NCBI GenBank assembly: GCA_964522135.1 | Contig: CAZFVG010000011.1 | Span: forward strand, 1-16,719 | Reading direction: 5' to 3' | Length of the DNA stretch: 16,719 nt | Source: an uncultured Methanosarcinales archaeon | GTDB lineage: Archaea > Nanobdellota > Nanobdellia > Woesearchaeales > UBA9642 | Part shown: positions 1 to 6,551 of the stretch, one piece after another | Layout of the letters: each line of letters starts with the position of its first letter | Numbering within the stretch: position 1 is the stretch's first letter | Notes under the pieces: generated by a model | What the model was told of the DNA's origin: nothing | What the model saw: only the letters and a program-made list of their open reading frames with translations | The model's database searches: none | Program-made: the position numbers and the translations under genes

Positions 1-20
1 CTTGTGACGATGGGATAAAG

Positions 21-28
21 TTTAAATA
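21..28 (+). promoter_or_regulatory. TATA-box-like element TTTAAATA upstream of the IMP cyclohydrolase gene
   Basis: Exact TTTAAATA at 21-28, about 40 nt upstream of ATG 69. A G-rich Shine-Dalgarno-like GGGGGT (57-62) lies between them. The genome is AT-rich, so a chance match is possible. Confidence 0.35.
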
Positions 29-68
29 TTCTATATCTTAAATGATATTATTGTATGGGGGTATTAAT

Positions 69-773
69 ATGACTATAAGAGATATGGAAGGGACAGTAGA
101 TGATAAGATTCCAGTAAAAACAATCTTAGTAAGCGTAACTGACAAGAGAGGACTTGACGAATTAATCCCGGGATTACTCGAGTTAGAACCTGACATGCTA
201 ATAATATCCACAGGAGGCACATATACTACACTAAAAGAAATTCTAGGAACAAACCATTCACACAACCTCACAGATGTTGCAACATACACTGGATTTCCAG
301 AAATGCAAGGAGGACTAGTAAAAACACTCCACCCAAAAATCTATGCAGGAATACTAGCCGAAAGAAACAATAAAGAACACCAAAGATATCTCGCTGAAGA
401 ACTTAACGGCGCAAAATACATAGATATGGTAATAGTCAACCTATACCCATTCCAAAACATGATAGCAACACCAGGAGTAACATTCGAAAAAGCACGCGGC
501 AATATAGACATAGGAGGGCCAGCAATGCTCAGAGCAGCAGCAAAAAACTTCATGAGCTGCGCAGCAATACGAGACCCAGTAGACTACATAAGCATTCTAG
601 ACCATATACGCAGAAATGAAGGATCAACAACATTCGCACAACGATTAGACCTTGCAAGAAAAGTATTCACGACAACATCAGGATACGACGCAGCAATAGC
701 AGAACACATAAGCTACAAGATAGCAACATCATACGACAACATAGTAAACGAATACAAATTCAGCAAACCATAG
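69..773 (+). CDS. purH: Stand-alone IMP cyclohydrolase (MGS-like N-terminal half of PurH); no AICAR transformylase half
   Basis: ORF 42..773. The product carries the PurH N-domain motifs in order: VSVTDKRGL, STGGT, YTGFPEMQGGLVKTLHPKIYAGIL, VVNLYPF, NIDIGGPAMLRAAAKN, then ...GYDAAIAEH. It stops about where the transformylase domain normally begins. Start is set at ATG 69 because GGGGGT sits 6 nt upstream; ATG 42 is the in-frame alternative. Confidence 0.85.
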   Translation: MTIRDMEGTVDDKIPVKTILVSVTDKRGLDELIPGLLELEPDMLIISTGGTYTTLKEILGTNHSHNLTDVATYTGFPEMQGGLVKTLHPKIYAGILAERNNKEHQRYLAEELNGAKYIDMVIVNLYPFQNMIATPGVTFEKARGNIDIGGPAMLRAAAKNFMSCAAIRDPVDYISILDHIRRNEGSTTFAQRLDLARKVFTTTSGYDAAIAEHISYKIATSYDNIVNEYKFSKP

Positions 774-779
774 ATAAAC

Positions 780-787
780 TTTAAAAA
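780..787 (+). promoter_or_regulatory. TATA-box-like element TTTAAAAA upstream of the zinc-ribbon gene
   Basis: TTTAAAAA lies just after the purH stop, 39 nt upstream of ATG 826, with GGGGTGG (814-820) as an SD-like element in between. Confidence 0.35.
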
Positions 788-825
788 GTAGGTATACTTA
801 AAGATACCATATCGGGGTGGTTCCG

Positions 826-1041
826 ATGGAAGATCATCTGATCAGTTGCCCAAAATGCGGCTGTAACGTAAAAGAAAAAGTAGTAACCGACGACAATTCA
901 ACATTATTAAGTAGACTATTCGGCGAAGACGGATGGCACAAAGAATACAAATGCCGCGCATGCGAATGGACAAGCAGAACACTAAACACACGAGAACTAA
1001 ACAAACACACAACAACACAACACATGCACGGAACAACATAA
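826..1041 (+). CDS. Small zinc-ribbon protein (CPxCG ... CxxC), function unknown
   Basis: ORF 817..1041. ATG 826 is preceded by GGGGTGG with 5-nt spacing. The two Cys pairs CPKCGC and CRAC are about 37 residues apart, which is typical of a 4-Cys zinc ribbon. The 817 start in the track is a GTG. Confidence 0.65.
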   Translation: MEDHLISCPKCGCNVKEKVVTDDNSTLLSRLFGEDGWHKEYKCRACEWTSRTLNTRELNKHTTTQHMHGTT

Positions 1042-1087
1042 ATCAGTAATAAATCATCCTGTATCCATGGCACTTGTTTAAGTAAAA

Positions 1088-1095
1088 TTTAAATA
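1088..1095 (+). promoter_or_regulatory. TATA-box-like element TTTAAATA upstream of the small membrane protein gene
   Basis: Exact TTTAAATA about 40 nt upstream of ATG 1134, with GGGGG (1123-1127) as an SD-like element. Confidence 0.35.
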
Positions 1096-1133
1096 ACAAG
1101 TAACTTAGAGTATACTATTGTCGGGGGCTAAAA

Positions 1134-1370
1134 ATGAAAAATACTCTTTTAATAATAGGAATTGTTCTGTTAATAGTAGGCGTAATAGGTGGCGTCGAAT
1201 ATAATAGTAAAAATGTCGGATGTACTAGCACGATGGGGCAGATAGGACAATTTCTTAGTCAACAAAATACCCAGAATTGTTCAACATATCAAAGCATGAT
1301 GTATGTAAGCATTGCCGTGGCATTGATTGGATTAGTGTTAGTTATTATCGGGGCGACTGGGAAGAAATAA
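1134..1370 (+). CDS. Small membrane protein with two predicted TM helices
   Basis: 78-aa ORF with hydrophobic N-terminal (LLIIGIVLLIVGVIGGV) and C-terminal (YVSIAVALIGLVLVIIGA) segments flanking a polar Cys-containing loop. SD-like GGGGG lies 6 nt upstream. Confidence 0.6.
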   Translation: MKNTLLIIGIVLLIVGVIGGVEYNSKNVGCTSTMGQIGQFLSQQNTQNCSTYQSMMYVSIAVALIGLVLVIIGATGKK

Positions 1371-1411
1371 ATTTAGATATTTTTTCCATTCAAAATGTTT
1401 TGAAGGCTCAA

Positions 1412-1675
1412 ATGAGATACATACTATGCCTTGCTTTGCTAAGTATATTGCTCCTAAGTGCGTGTAGCTATAATCTATCCACAACTTCGGACAATAATGC
1501 AACCGTTAATATAAGGGAGGGCAGTAACAATTATAGTAATCAGAGAGGAAACGTTCCTATAAGAGAAGGTAGCAATAATTATAGTAATGATAGGGGAAGT
1601 GTTCCAATTAGAGAAGGAAGTAATAATGCTAATACACAAAGAGGATATGTTCCGATGCGACACGGCAGTAATTGA
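1412..1675 (+). CDS. Putative secreted lipoprotein with three tandem 16-aa repeats
   Basis: Internal ATG 1412 of ORF 1277..1675; the upstream part overlaps the previous gene. GAAGG lies 5 nt upstream. The N-terminus MRYILCLALLSILLLSAC is a signal peptide ending in a lipobox-like L-S-A-C. It is followed by 3 x IREGSNN(Y/A)(S/N).(.)RG.VP. Confidence 0.6.
   Translation: MRYILCLALLSILLLSACSYNLSTTSDNNATVNIREGSNNYSNQRGNVPIREGSNNYSNDRGSVPIREGSNNANTQRGYVPMRHGSN
1511..1654 (+). repeat. 3 x 48-bp in-frame tandem repeat inside the lipoprotein gene
   Basis: Units are 1511-1558, 1559-1606 and 1607-1654. Units 1 and 2 differ at 9 codons by hand alignment, 7 of them synonymous (agg/aga, gag/gaa, ggc/ggt, agt/agc, aac/aat, aga/agg, cct/cca). 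Confidence 0.9.
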
Positions 1676-1705
1676 TAATTAGTTTCCTAAAAAAATTAAA
1701 TAACG

Positions 1706-2500
1706 CTAATCTTTCTTAAATATAAAATTATAAATTCCAAAAAGTGTGAGAAGGAGTGCAGACAATATAACGGTACTTGTTGTTATTAGAGCAAATTTAT
1801 CCCATAGAGGATATTCTGCTTTCATTGTTATTTGTGGTTCGAATCGTATGTCTTCAGTGTCATTATAGACTGAATTAGGTATAAAGAAATTTATCAAGTC
1901 TATAGAATTATTAGGAGGATGTTCTAAACGAATTCTCATAAAGCCTATAACATTTCTCCCATCAGGTAAATCTACTGTCTCGATACTTATAAGTTGCATA
2001 TTTTGCTGAGTATTTATGCCAACTATGCCCATATTATTTTTTACATATGTATCTCCTAATTGTTTAGTTATATTCAGAGTTATGTTATAACTTAATCTAA
2101 AAGAAAAATTGGCATCAGAATCGATGGAGGGACATTTTCTAGAGTGAATTCTTAGACTAATGCTCTCGTTTTTTGTTATTATATTTACATCATCTATAGA
2201 ATCAGACTTATTATTAGAGTAGATTATCCTTGAATCTCCGCGATAGATACATATTTGATAACGTCCAAGATTAAATGGTATAGAAAATAATTTGTGTATG
2301 TTATTCTCAATAGAAGGTGCATTTATTTTTTGAAAATCGGGGTAAAATATTACTTCTGTTCCGACAATTTGTTGTCTTATAGGTATATTTCTATCTGAAA
2401 ATATGAACAACGATACCGTCAAAGGAATTATTATAACAATAAATATCTTAAAGAATTTATTTTTCCATAAACCAATAAAAGATTTCTTTATATTAGTCAT
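1706..2500 (-). CDS. Hypothetical surface protein anchored by N- and C-terminal TM helices, rich in N-x-S/T sequons
   Basis: 264-aa ORF with an N-terminal TM (FFKIFIVIIIPLTVSLFIF) and a C-terminal TM (FALITTSTVILSALLLTLFGIYNFIF). The middle domain has at least seven N-x-S/T sequons. GGGG lies 9 nt upstream of ATG 2500. No family recognised. Confidence 0.7.
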   Translation of the reverse strand: MTNIKKSFIGLWKNKFFKIFIVIIIPLTVSLFIFSDRNIPIRQQIVGTEVIFYPDFQKINAPSIENNIHKLFSIPFNLGRYQICIYRGDSRIIYSNNKSDSIDDVNIITKNESISLRIHSRKCPSIDSDANFSFRLSYNITLNITKQLGDTYVKNNMGIVGINTQQNMQLISIETVDLPDGRNVIGFMRIRLEHPPNNSIDLINFFIPNSVYNDTEDIRFEPQITMKAEYPLWDKFALITTSTVILSALLLTLFGIYNFIFKKD

Positions 2501-2514
2501 TTCTGTTCCCCAAA

Positions 2515-2790
2515 ATCATAAGTGTGCGTGCCCACAGGTGGATGTTACCAATATGATAAGGTTTGTCCTGGGTTTCCCTCCTCTCCGTTTCCCTCAAAGC
2601 ACCAATCCCTTAGCTTAGGACTGCTCCATTCCTGTTCTGATCCATTTCGTTATGGAATCAGTCAATGAGGACAGAGTATCGACAGTACGTCCAGGGCCTT
2701 ATCATACGGATAAACCGCCCTGCAGGCTTCGACCCCATCTAAAGTCCGTTTATGGTAACAGGCAAGGACTAACTGCCCAGTCTAGCACAG
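2515..2790 (-). ncRNA. Structured ncRNA of about 275 nt, probable (divergent) signal recognition particle 7S RNA
   Basis: A GC-enriched island in AT-rich DNA with no credible ORF. Perfect long-range helices on the minus strand: UGUUACCA/UGGUAACA (2753-2760 with 2543-2550) and UAUGAUAAGG/CCUUAUCAUA (2697-2706 with 2552-2561), giving a rod-like fold. The minus strand at 2618-2643 reads GGAUC-AGA-ACA-GGAA-UGG-AGCA-GUCC. This parallels the SRP helix-8 apex of E. coli 4.5S RNA (GGUC-AGG-UCC-GGAA-GGA-AGCA-GCC). It is enclosed by CUGAUUCC/GGGAUUGG (2654-2661 with 2602-2609). The 5' part GGGCA...UGCCUGUUACC resembles the Alu-domain GGGC...GCCUGUAA motif. TTTATAAA (2811-2818) lies about 25 nt upstream of the proposed 5' end, and a T-run (2512-2515 on the minus strand) marks the 3' end. 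Ends, family and even strand are not proven. Confidence 0.55.
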
Positions 2791-2810
2791 TATTAGGGAA
2801 TAAAACTTTA

Positions 2811-2818
2811 TTTATAAA
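2811..2818 (-). promoter_or_regulatory. Palindromic TATA box TTTATAAA upstream of the ncRNA
   Basis: TTTATAAA reads the same on both strands. Its position puts a minus-strand transcription start near 2785-2790, where the GC-rich structured segment begins. Confidence 0.4.
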
Positions 2819-2930
2819 GTTAATACTTCAATATCTAGAGTGTTTTAAAGGGTAATTATTTTCCATATAGTAAATAATTATGTTCTCGTCGAGAAATATT
2901 TTAGTGTTTAGAGAATAAATCTAACGGTTA

Positions 2931-3228
2931 ATTCTGGCTTTACTCTAGCCCTACGATTTTCAATTTTTAACCATTTTTTTCTCGTCTATTCTTTAGTCGA
3001 TTAGGGATAGCTTTTTCACGTATTTTGTGCTTAAATCACTGTAGGATAAGGCCTGTTTTTGACCTAATATAATACTTTTATTTTGGCCGGATTCTAGCCG
3101 AATTTTTTATGATTTTTACGCATTTTTTTGTCGTCTATTTTTTAGTCGGATTCGGCCGAGTTTTTCTCTGATTTTGTGTGTGAATTGTTGTATAATCCGG
3201 CTCGATTTTCACATAGTATTGTATCTGT
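2931..3228. repeat. Two tandem copies (period 149 bp) of a T-rich noncoding element with nested inverted repeats, plus a possible decayed third copy at 2883-2908
   Basis: CTAGCC anchors at 2945 and 3094. The 58-bp cores 2972-3029 and 3121-3178 are 44/58 identical ungapped by hand count. Flanks are also alignable (TGTAGGATAAGGCCTGTTTTTGAC vs TGTATAATCCGGCTCGATTTTCAC). Copy B has nested perfect arms: GCCGGATT 3086-3093 with AATCCGGC 3194-3201, and GCCGAAT 3097-3103 with ATTCGGC 3150-3156. Copy A arms are CTAGCCCTACGA 2945-2956 and TCGATTAGGGATAG 2997-3010. Confidence 0.8.
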
Positions 3229-3301
3229 GTTTGTTTGAAGATTGTTTAGTGATAAATAATATTTATAAAGTTAGTATACTTTCTATACTTAAGGTGATGG
3301 C

Positions 3302-3706
3302 ATGAAATCTATATACAAACCTTATGGTGTTTCTAAGACTAGTTTTTGGATAGGGATGGTTCTTACTGTTCTTGCGATATTATTCTTATTATTCGACAGC
3401 ATAACAAAACTTTTGATGCTCGGTTTTGTCGTTCAGGCGTCAGCACAAGCAGGCATAACGGCGAGTGAGGTGTTCTGGATAGGATTTATCTTGATGGTAT
3501 GCATTATATTATATCTAATTCCTAAGACGAGTATATTTGGCTCTGTTCTAATGACTGGATACCTCGGAGGAGCTGTAGTATCGATATTACTGTCAAAGAG
3601 CCCGGTAGCATTCACAATATTTCCGATAGTTGTTGGAGTATTTATCTGGGGTGGATTATTCTTGAGAGATAAAGAATTACAAAGCGTTTTTCCATGGAGA
3701 AAATGA
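3302..3706 (+). CDS. DoxX-like (DoxX_2 type) small four-TM membrane protein
   Basis: 134-aa ORF with four hydrophobic helices and the family-typical ...LMTGYLGGAV... segment. A strong SD (AAGGTGAT, 3291-3298) and TTTATAAA (3262-3269) lie upstream. Confidence 0.7.
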   Translation: MKSIYKPYGVSKTSFWIGMVLTVLAILFLLFDSITKLLMLGFVVQASAQAGITASEVFWIGFILMVCIILYLIPKTSIFGSVLMTGYLGGAVVSILLSKSPVAFTIFPIVVGVFIWGGLFLRDKELQSVFPWRK

Positions 3707-4551
3707 AGGGCATAACACCGTTTTTATGGTTTGATAATAATGCTGCGGAAGCGGTCGATTATTATAGTAAAATATTCAAGAATTTAAAGACAATAAATAC
3801 TAGTCGTGGTCCTGATGGGAAAGTTTTTACTGTATCGTTCAAGTTAGAGAATCTTGATTTAACGGCGCTTAACGGTGGGCCAGTATTCAAGTTCACGCAA
3901 GCAATATCATTCTTTGTAGCATGCAAAACCAGAAAAGAACTTGATGCTATATGGGATAAGTTATCCGTAGAAGGAAAAGTTCTCATGAAACTTGACAAAT
4001 ACCCATTCAGTGAAAGGTACGGATGGGTGCAGGATAAGTATGGATTGACGTGGCAACTAATACTAAATAATAACAGTCAGAAGATTACTCCAATACTATT
4101 ATTTGCTGACACTCAACGCGGTAATGCTGGTAGTGCAATAAAATTGTATACGTCAATATTCAAGGACTCAAAGATAGACACGATGATAAAATATACCCAA
4201 AACGACATGGACAAAGGCAATGTCATGCATTCATCATTCAAACTACGCGGTCAAGGATTTATGGCAATGGACAGCCATAATGATGCCAAGATAAATTTTA
4301 ATGAGGCAGTATCATTCGTCGTCCACTGCGAAAACGAAAAAGAAGTAGACTATTATTGGGAAAAACTTTCTAAAGGGGGAAAAACAAGCCAATGCGGATG
4401 GCTCAAAGATAAGTACGGCGTATCATGGCAAATATTCCCAACAATACTAGGAAAAATGTTAGCAGATAAGAAAAAATCTAAGAAAGTAATGGATGCAGTA
4501 ATGAAGATGACAAAACTTGACATAAAAACATTACAGAAGGCATACAAATGA
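3703..4551 (+). CDS. VOC/glyoxalase-fold protein, tandem PhnB/YjdN-like (3-demethylubiquinone-9 3-methyltransferase Pfam-type) domains
   Basis: Two repeats of the family pattern: ITPFLWFDNNAAEAVDYY...NGGP.F.F..A.SF.V.C....E.D..W..L...G and GWVQDKYGLTWQ / CGWLKDKYGVSWQ. ATG 3703 overlaps the DoxX stop as ATGA, with GGAGA 2 nt upstream. ATG 3694 is the in-frame alternative. Confidence 0.8.
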   Translation: MKGITPFLWFDNNAAEAVDYYSKIFKNLKTINTSRGPDGKVFTVSFKLENLDLTALNGGPVFKFTQAISFFVACKTRKELDAIWDKLSVEGKVLMKLDKYPFSERYGWVQDKYGLTWQLILNNNSQKITPILLFADTQRGNAGSAIKLYTSIFKDSKIDTMIKYTQNDMDKGNVMHSSFKLRGQGFMAMDSHNDAKINFNEAVSFVVHCENEKEVDYYWEKLSKGGKTSQCGWLKDKYGVSWQIFPTILGKMLADKKKSKKVMDAVMKMTKLDIKTLQKAYK

Positions 4552-5144
4552 GAAAAATAATCGTACTATCATTCATCACGCTCGACGGTGTGATGCAAGC
4601 CCCTGGAGGTCCTCAAGAGGACACTGGCGGGAACTTCAAATATGGTGGATGGTCAGTTCCATACTTTGACGAATTTTCAGGCAATGTTATGGGAGAACAG
4701 ATGAAAGGCCCGGCTGAACTTCTTCTTGGAAGAAAGACATTTGAGATATTCGCAGGATACTGGCCCGATCATGCAGACGGGTGGCCTGGAGTAAACGATA
4801 TGACAAAATATGTTGTATCCAATACAGAAACTAAGCATGAATGGAGCAATACAGTATTCATAGGTGGAGATGTCGTAAAGAAGATTACGGAATTAAAAAA
4901 AGAACATGGTCCTGATCTGCAGGTGCACGGGAGCGGGAAGATGATACAAACACTTTTGAAACATGATCTTGTTGATGAACTTTGGCTCAAAATATTTCCA
5001 CTAACTCTCGGGACAGGCAAAAAATTGTTTGCAGAGGGCACAATCCCTGCAGCATTCAAGCTTGAGAAATCAAGCGTATCACCTCTCGGAGTGATCTTCG
5101 CGAATTATAAAAGAGAAGGGGACGTTAAGATAGGATCATTTTAA
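4548..5144 (+). CDS. Dihydrofolate reductase-like family protein (RibD C-terminal domain type)
   Basis: MRKIIVLSFITLDGVMQAPGGP...GGW...LLGRKT(F)E...W...KYVVS...VHGSG.(M)IQTLLKHDLVDEL.L.I.P..LG.GK.LF is the characteristic RibD_C/YyaP-like pattern. It has an ATGA overlap with the upstream gene. Confidence 0.8.
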   Translation: MRKIIVLSFITLDGVMQAPGGPQEDTGGNFKYGGWSVPYFDEFSGNVMGEQMKGPAELLLGRKTFEIFAGYWPDHADGWPGVNDMTKYVVSNTETKHEWSNTVFIGGDVVKKITELKKEHGPDLQVHGSGKMIQTLLKHDLVDELWLKIFPLTLGTGKKLFAEGTIPAAFKLEKSSVSPLGVIFANYKREGDVKIGSF

Positions 5145-5155
5145 GATAATACACT

Positions 5156-5521
5156 ATGAACAAACCACAAGATGTTGACGAATATGTAAGAAGAGCTCCG
5201 AAAAATGTACAGGGCAAGCTTTGGGAGATGCGCGCAGCTATCAGAAGCGCTGTGCCTAAGGCTAATGAGAGTATAAGTTATGGAATGCCATATTATGGAT
5301 ATAATGGACGATTAGCATATTTTGCTATTTTTAAGAATCATATTGGATTGTATATACCACCTCCAATCATCAAAGAACATAAGAGAGAATTAAAGGCTTA
5401 TGTGACGGCGAAATCTACGGTCCAATTCCCTATTGACAAGAAACTTCCAATAGCGCTGATAAAAAAGCTCGTCAAATCAAAAATGAAAAAGAATGAAGAG
5501 AAGAAAATCAAACGTTTTTAA
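5156..5521 (+). CDS. DUF1801 (YdhG-like) domain protein
   Basis: V(D)EY(V)....(P)K.....L.E(M)R..I....P.A.E.ISYGMP.Y.....L..FA..KNHIGLY...............(K)(S)(T)(V)(Q)F is the typical DUF1801 pattern, followed by a Lys-rich tail. It is the fourth gene of the tight cassette. Confidence 0.7.
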   Translation: MNKPQDVDEYVRRAPKNVQGKLWEMRAAIRSAVPKANESISYGMPYYGYNGRLAYFAIFKNHIGLYIPPPIIKEHKRELKAYVTAKSTVQFPIDKKLPIALIKKLVKSKMKKNEEKKIKRF

Positions 5522-5948
5522 AACTAGTCGTGTTACGGATATTATGTTCGATTGGTTTGTAACCGTTTATTATTTCCCTTGCTGCGTTGTACATTATCTC
5601 AAGTGCGACAAATTTTGTTAGGTCATCCCCAGATACATCATCTCTGTGTAGGATGCGTGAATTTCCGTCTGCAGATATTATTACGACTTCTTCTAATGAT
5701 TGGTGCCTTCGTACATATATTGGATCGGCATCTTTTAGGTCGCGCATTATTATTTTCTCATCGCCGATGATTGTTTCAAGTTCGTTATATTTATGAAATG
5801 GGTCGTAGAGGTGGAATTCCCCGTCTCTATAGATAAAGGATGTGTCTTCGACATTTCTAATGTAAGGAACTCCGTTGCTGACATAGCAGTAAGTTGCTAC
5901 AGCAATAGCGCCAAGAACCTTTGCAAATCCGTTCAATATCTTACCCAT
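5508..5948 (-). CDS. Hypothetical protein with N-terminal hydrophobic anchor
   Basis: ORF 5508..5966. I prefer ATG 5948 (MGKILNGF...) because the minus-strand TATA-like TTTTTAAAT (5971-5979) is only 5 nt from ATG 5966 but about 26 nt from ATG 5948, implying a leaderless mRNA. The 3' end overlaps the convergent DUF1801 gene by 14 nt. No family recognised. Confidence 0.55.
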   Translation of the reverse strand: MGKILNGFAKVLGAIAVATYCYVSNGVPYIRNVEDTSFIYRDGEFHLYDPFHKYNELETIIGDEKIIMRDLKDADPIYVRRHQSLEEVVIISADGNSRILHRDDVSGDDLTKFVALEIMYNAAREIINGYKPIEHNIRNTTSFKNV

Positions 5949-6019
5949 CAGGGCAAAATCATGCATGCATTTAAAAACATATTTGAATAACCACTATAAA
6001 GTGACTACCGCCGAAAGAT

Positions 6020-6028
6020 TTTTAAATA
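6020..6028 (+). promoter_or_regulatory. TATA-box-like TTTTAAATA centred about 24-26 nt upstream of ATG 6048 (leaderless-type arrangement)
   Basis: There is no SD-like sequence between the box and ATG 6048. The same spacing recurs at 7052, 10258, 10785, 14879(-) and 10204(-). Confidence 0.45.
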
Positions 6029-6047
6029 GTATATTTCTTGCGATATA

Positions 6048-6551
6048 ATGGATGAGTATGAACTCGGCATAGTATGTGATGAAGAAGGCGCGACAGTAAG
6101 TTATAAGAGTATTGTTAGCGTACTGTCAAAGCTGCAGCGTACACAGAATATACAGCAGTTAAAAAGGGAAATAGTAAATTATCACAACACGTTCTACGAT
6201 GATGATATAATGGACCATAATGATGTAGATTCCGATATAACAGAGATATTTGATTTCTTGTCAGGACTTGCCGATCACTACAAAAAGGGCAGAACGCTTG
6301 ATGAGGCGTTAAGGTTTGAAACTTTGATAGGAGAAGTAACAGAAGGCCCCATAAGAGCATTTTATAGGAACACTACAGGATATCATCCAAAAAACAGGCA
6401 GGATACAGTGGATGCCTATCCAGAAAGAATAGAATTTAAGAGCCAAAATTTTACATTGATAATGGATTATTTCATAAAACAAAATTCTAGTCAACCAGAA
6501 CATTTCAGGCCAAAATTATGGGATAAAATCTCAAGGAGAAAAGTAACATGA
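6048..6551 (+). CDS. Hypothetical protein, paralog A of a tandem pair
   Basis: 167-aa ORF. It shares ...F(L/D)...AD(H/Y)Y.K... and EG(P/G)IR.FY......HP with the next gene. No known family recognised. Confidence 0.7.
   Translation: MDEYELGIVCDEEGATVSYKSIVSVLSKLQRTQNIQQLKREIVNYHNTFYDDDIMDHNDVDSDITEIFDFLSGLADHYKKGRTLDEALRFETLIGEVTEGPIRAFYRNTTGYHPKNRQDTVDAYPERIEFKSQNFTLIMDYFIKQNSSQPEHFRPKLWDKISRRKVT

Noticed and set aside
1277-1411. Upstream extension of the lipoprotein ORF (track start 1277)
   Set aside because: It overlaps the 3' end of the 1134..1370 gene in another frame. The signal peptide and SD-like GAAGG fit ATG 1412.
1846-1855. GGTTCGAATC, a perfect tRNA T-loop-like word
   Set aside because: Flanking bases cannot form a T stem, and no acceptor, D or anticodon arms are present. 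It lies inside the 1706..2500 CDS.
2739-2748. Plus-strand CUAAAGUCCG followed by GGUAAC, which resembles RNase P CR-I (GGAAAGUCC...GGUAAC)
   Set aside because: No CR-V/ACAGAA...GGCUUA partner lies at the 3' side to form P4, and the motif would be near the 3' end of the structured region rather than the 5' end. Several helices contain G-U pairs that work only on the minus strand, though at least one small hairpin favours the plus strand. The minus strand also carries an SRP helix-8-like motif. RNase P remains a minority alternative until cmsearch is run.
2403-2855. Plus-strand ORFs 2403..2618 (71 aa) and 2652..2855 (67 aa) in the GC-rich island
   Set aside because: They lie on the structured ncRNA region and have odd Arg/Pro/Cys-rich composition with no SD or TATA in a sensible position. 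The long-range perfect helices explain the sequence better than coding does.
3109-3171. Possible C/D-box sRNA (AUGAU at 3109-3113, CUGA at 3168-3171) inside repeat copy B
   Set aside because: The C box is not the RUGAUGA consensus, there are no internal C'/D' boxes, and the homologous copy A lacks both boxes.
2860-3300. Replication origin (AT-rich region with inverted repeats)
   Set aside because: No ORB or mini-ORB-like consensus is recognisable, no orc1/cdc6 gene is adjacent, and the repeats are direct tandem units rather than ORBs flanking a DUE. It cannot be fully excluded without skew analysis of the whole replicon.
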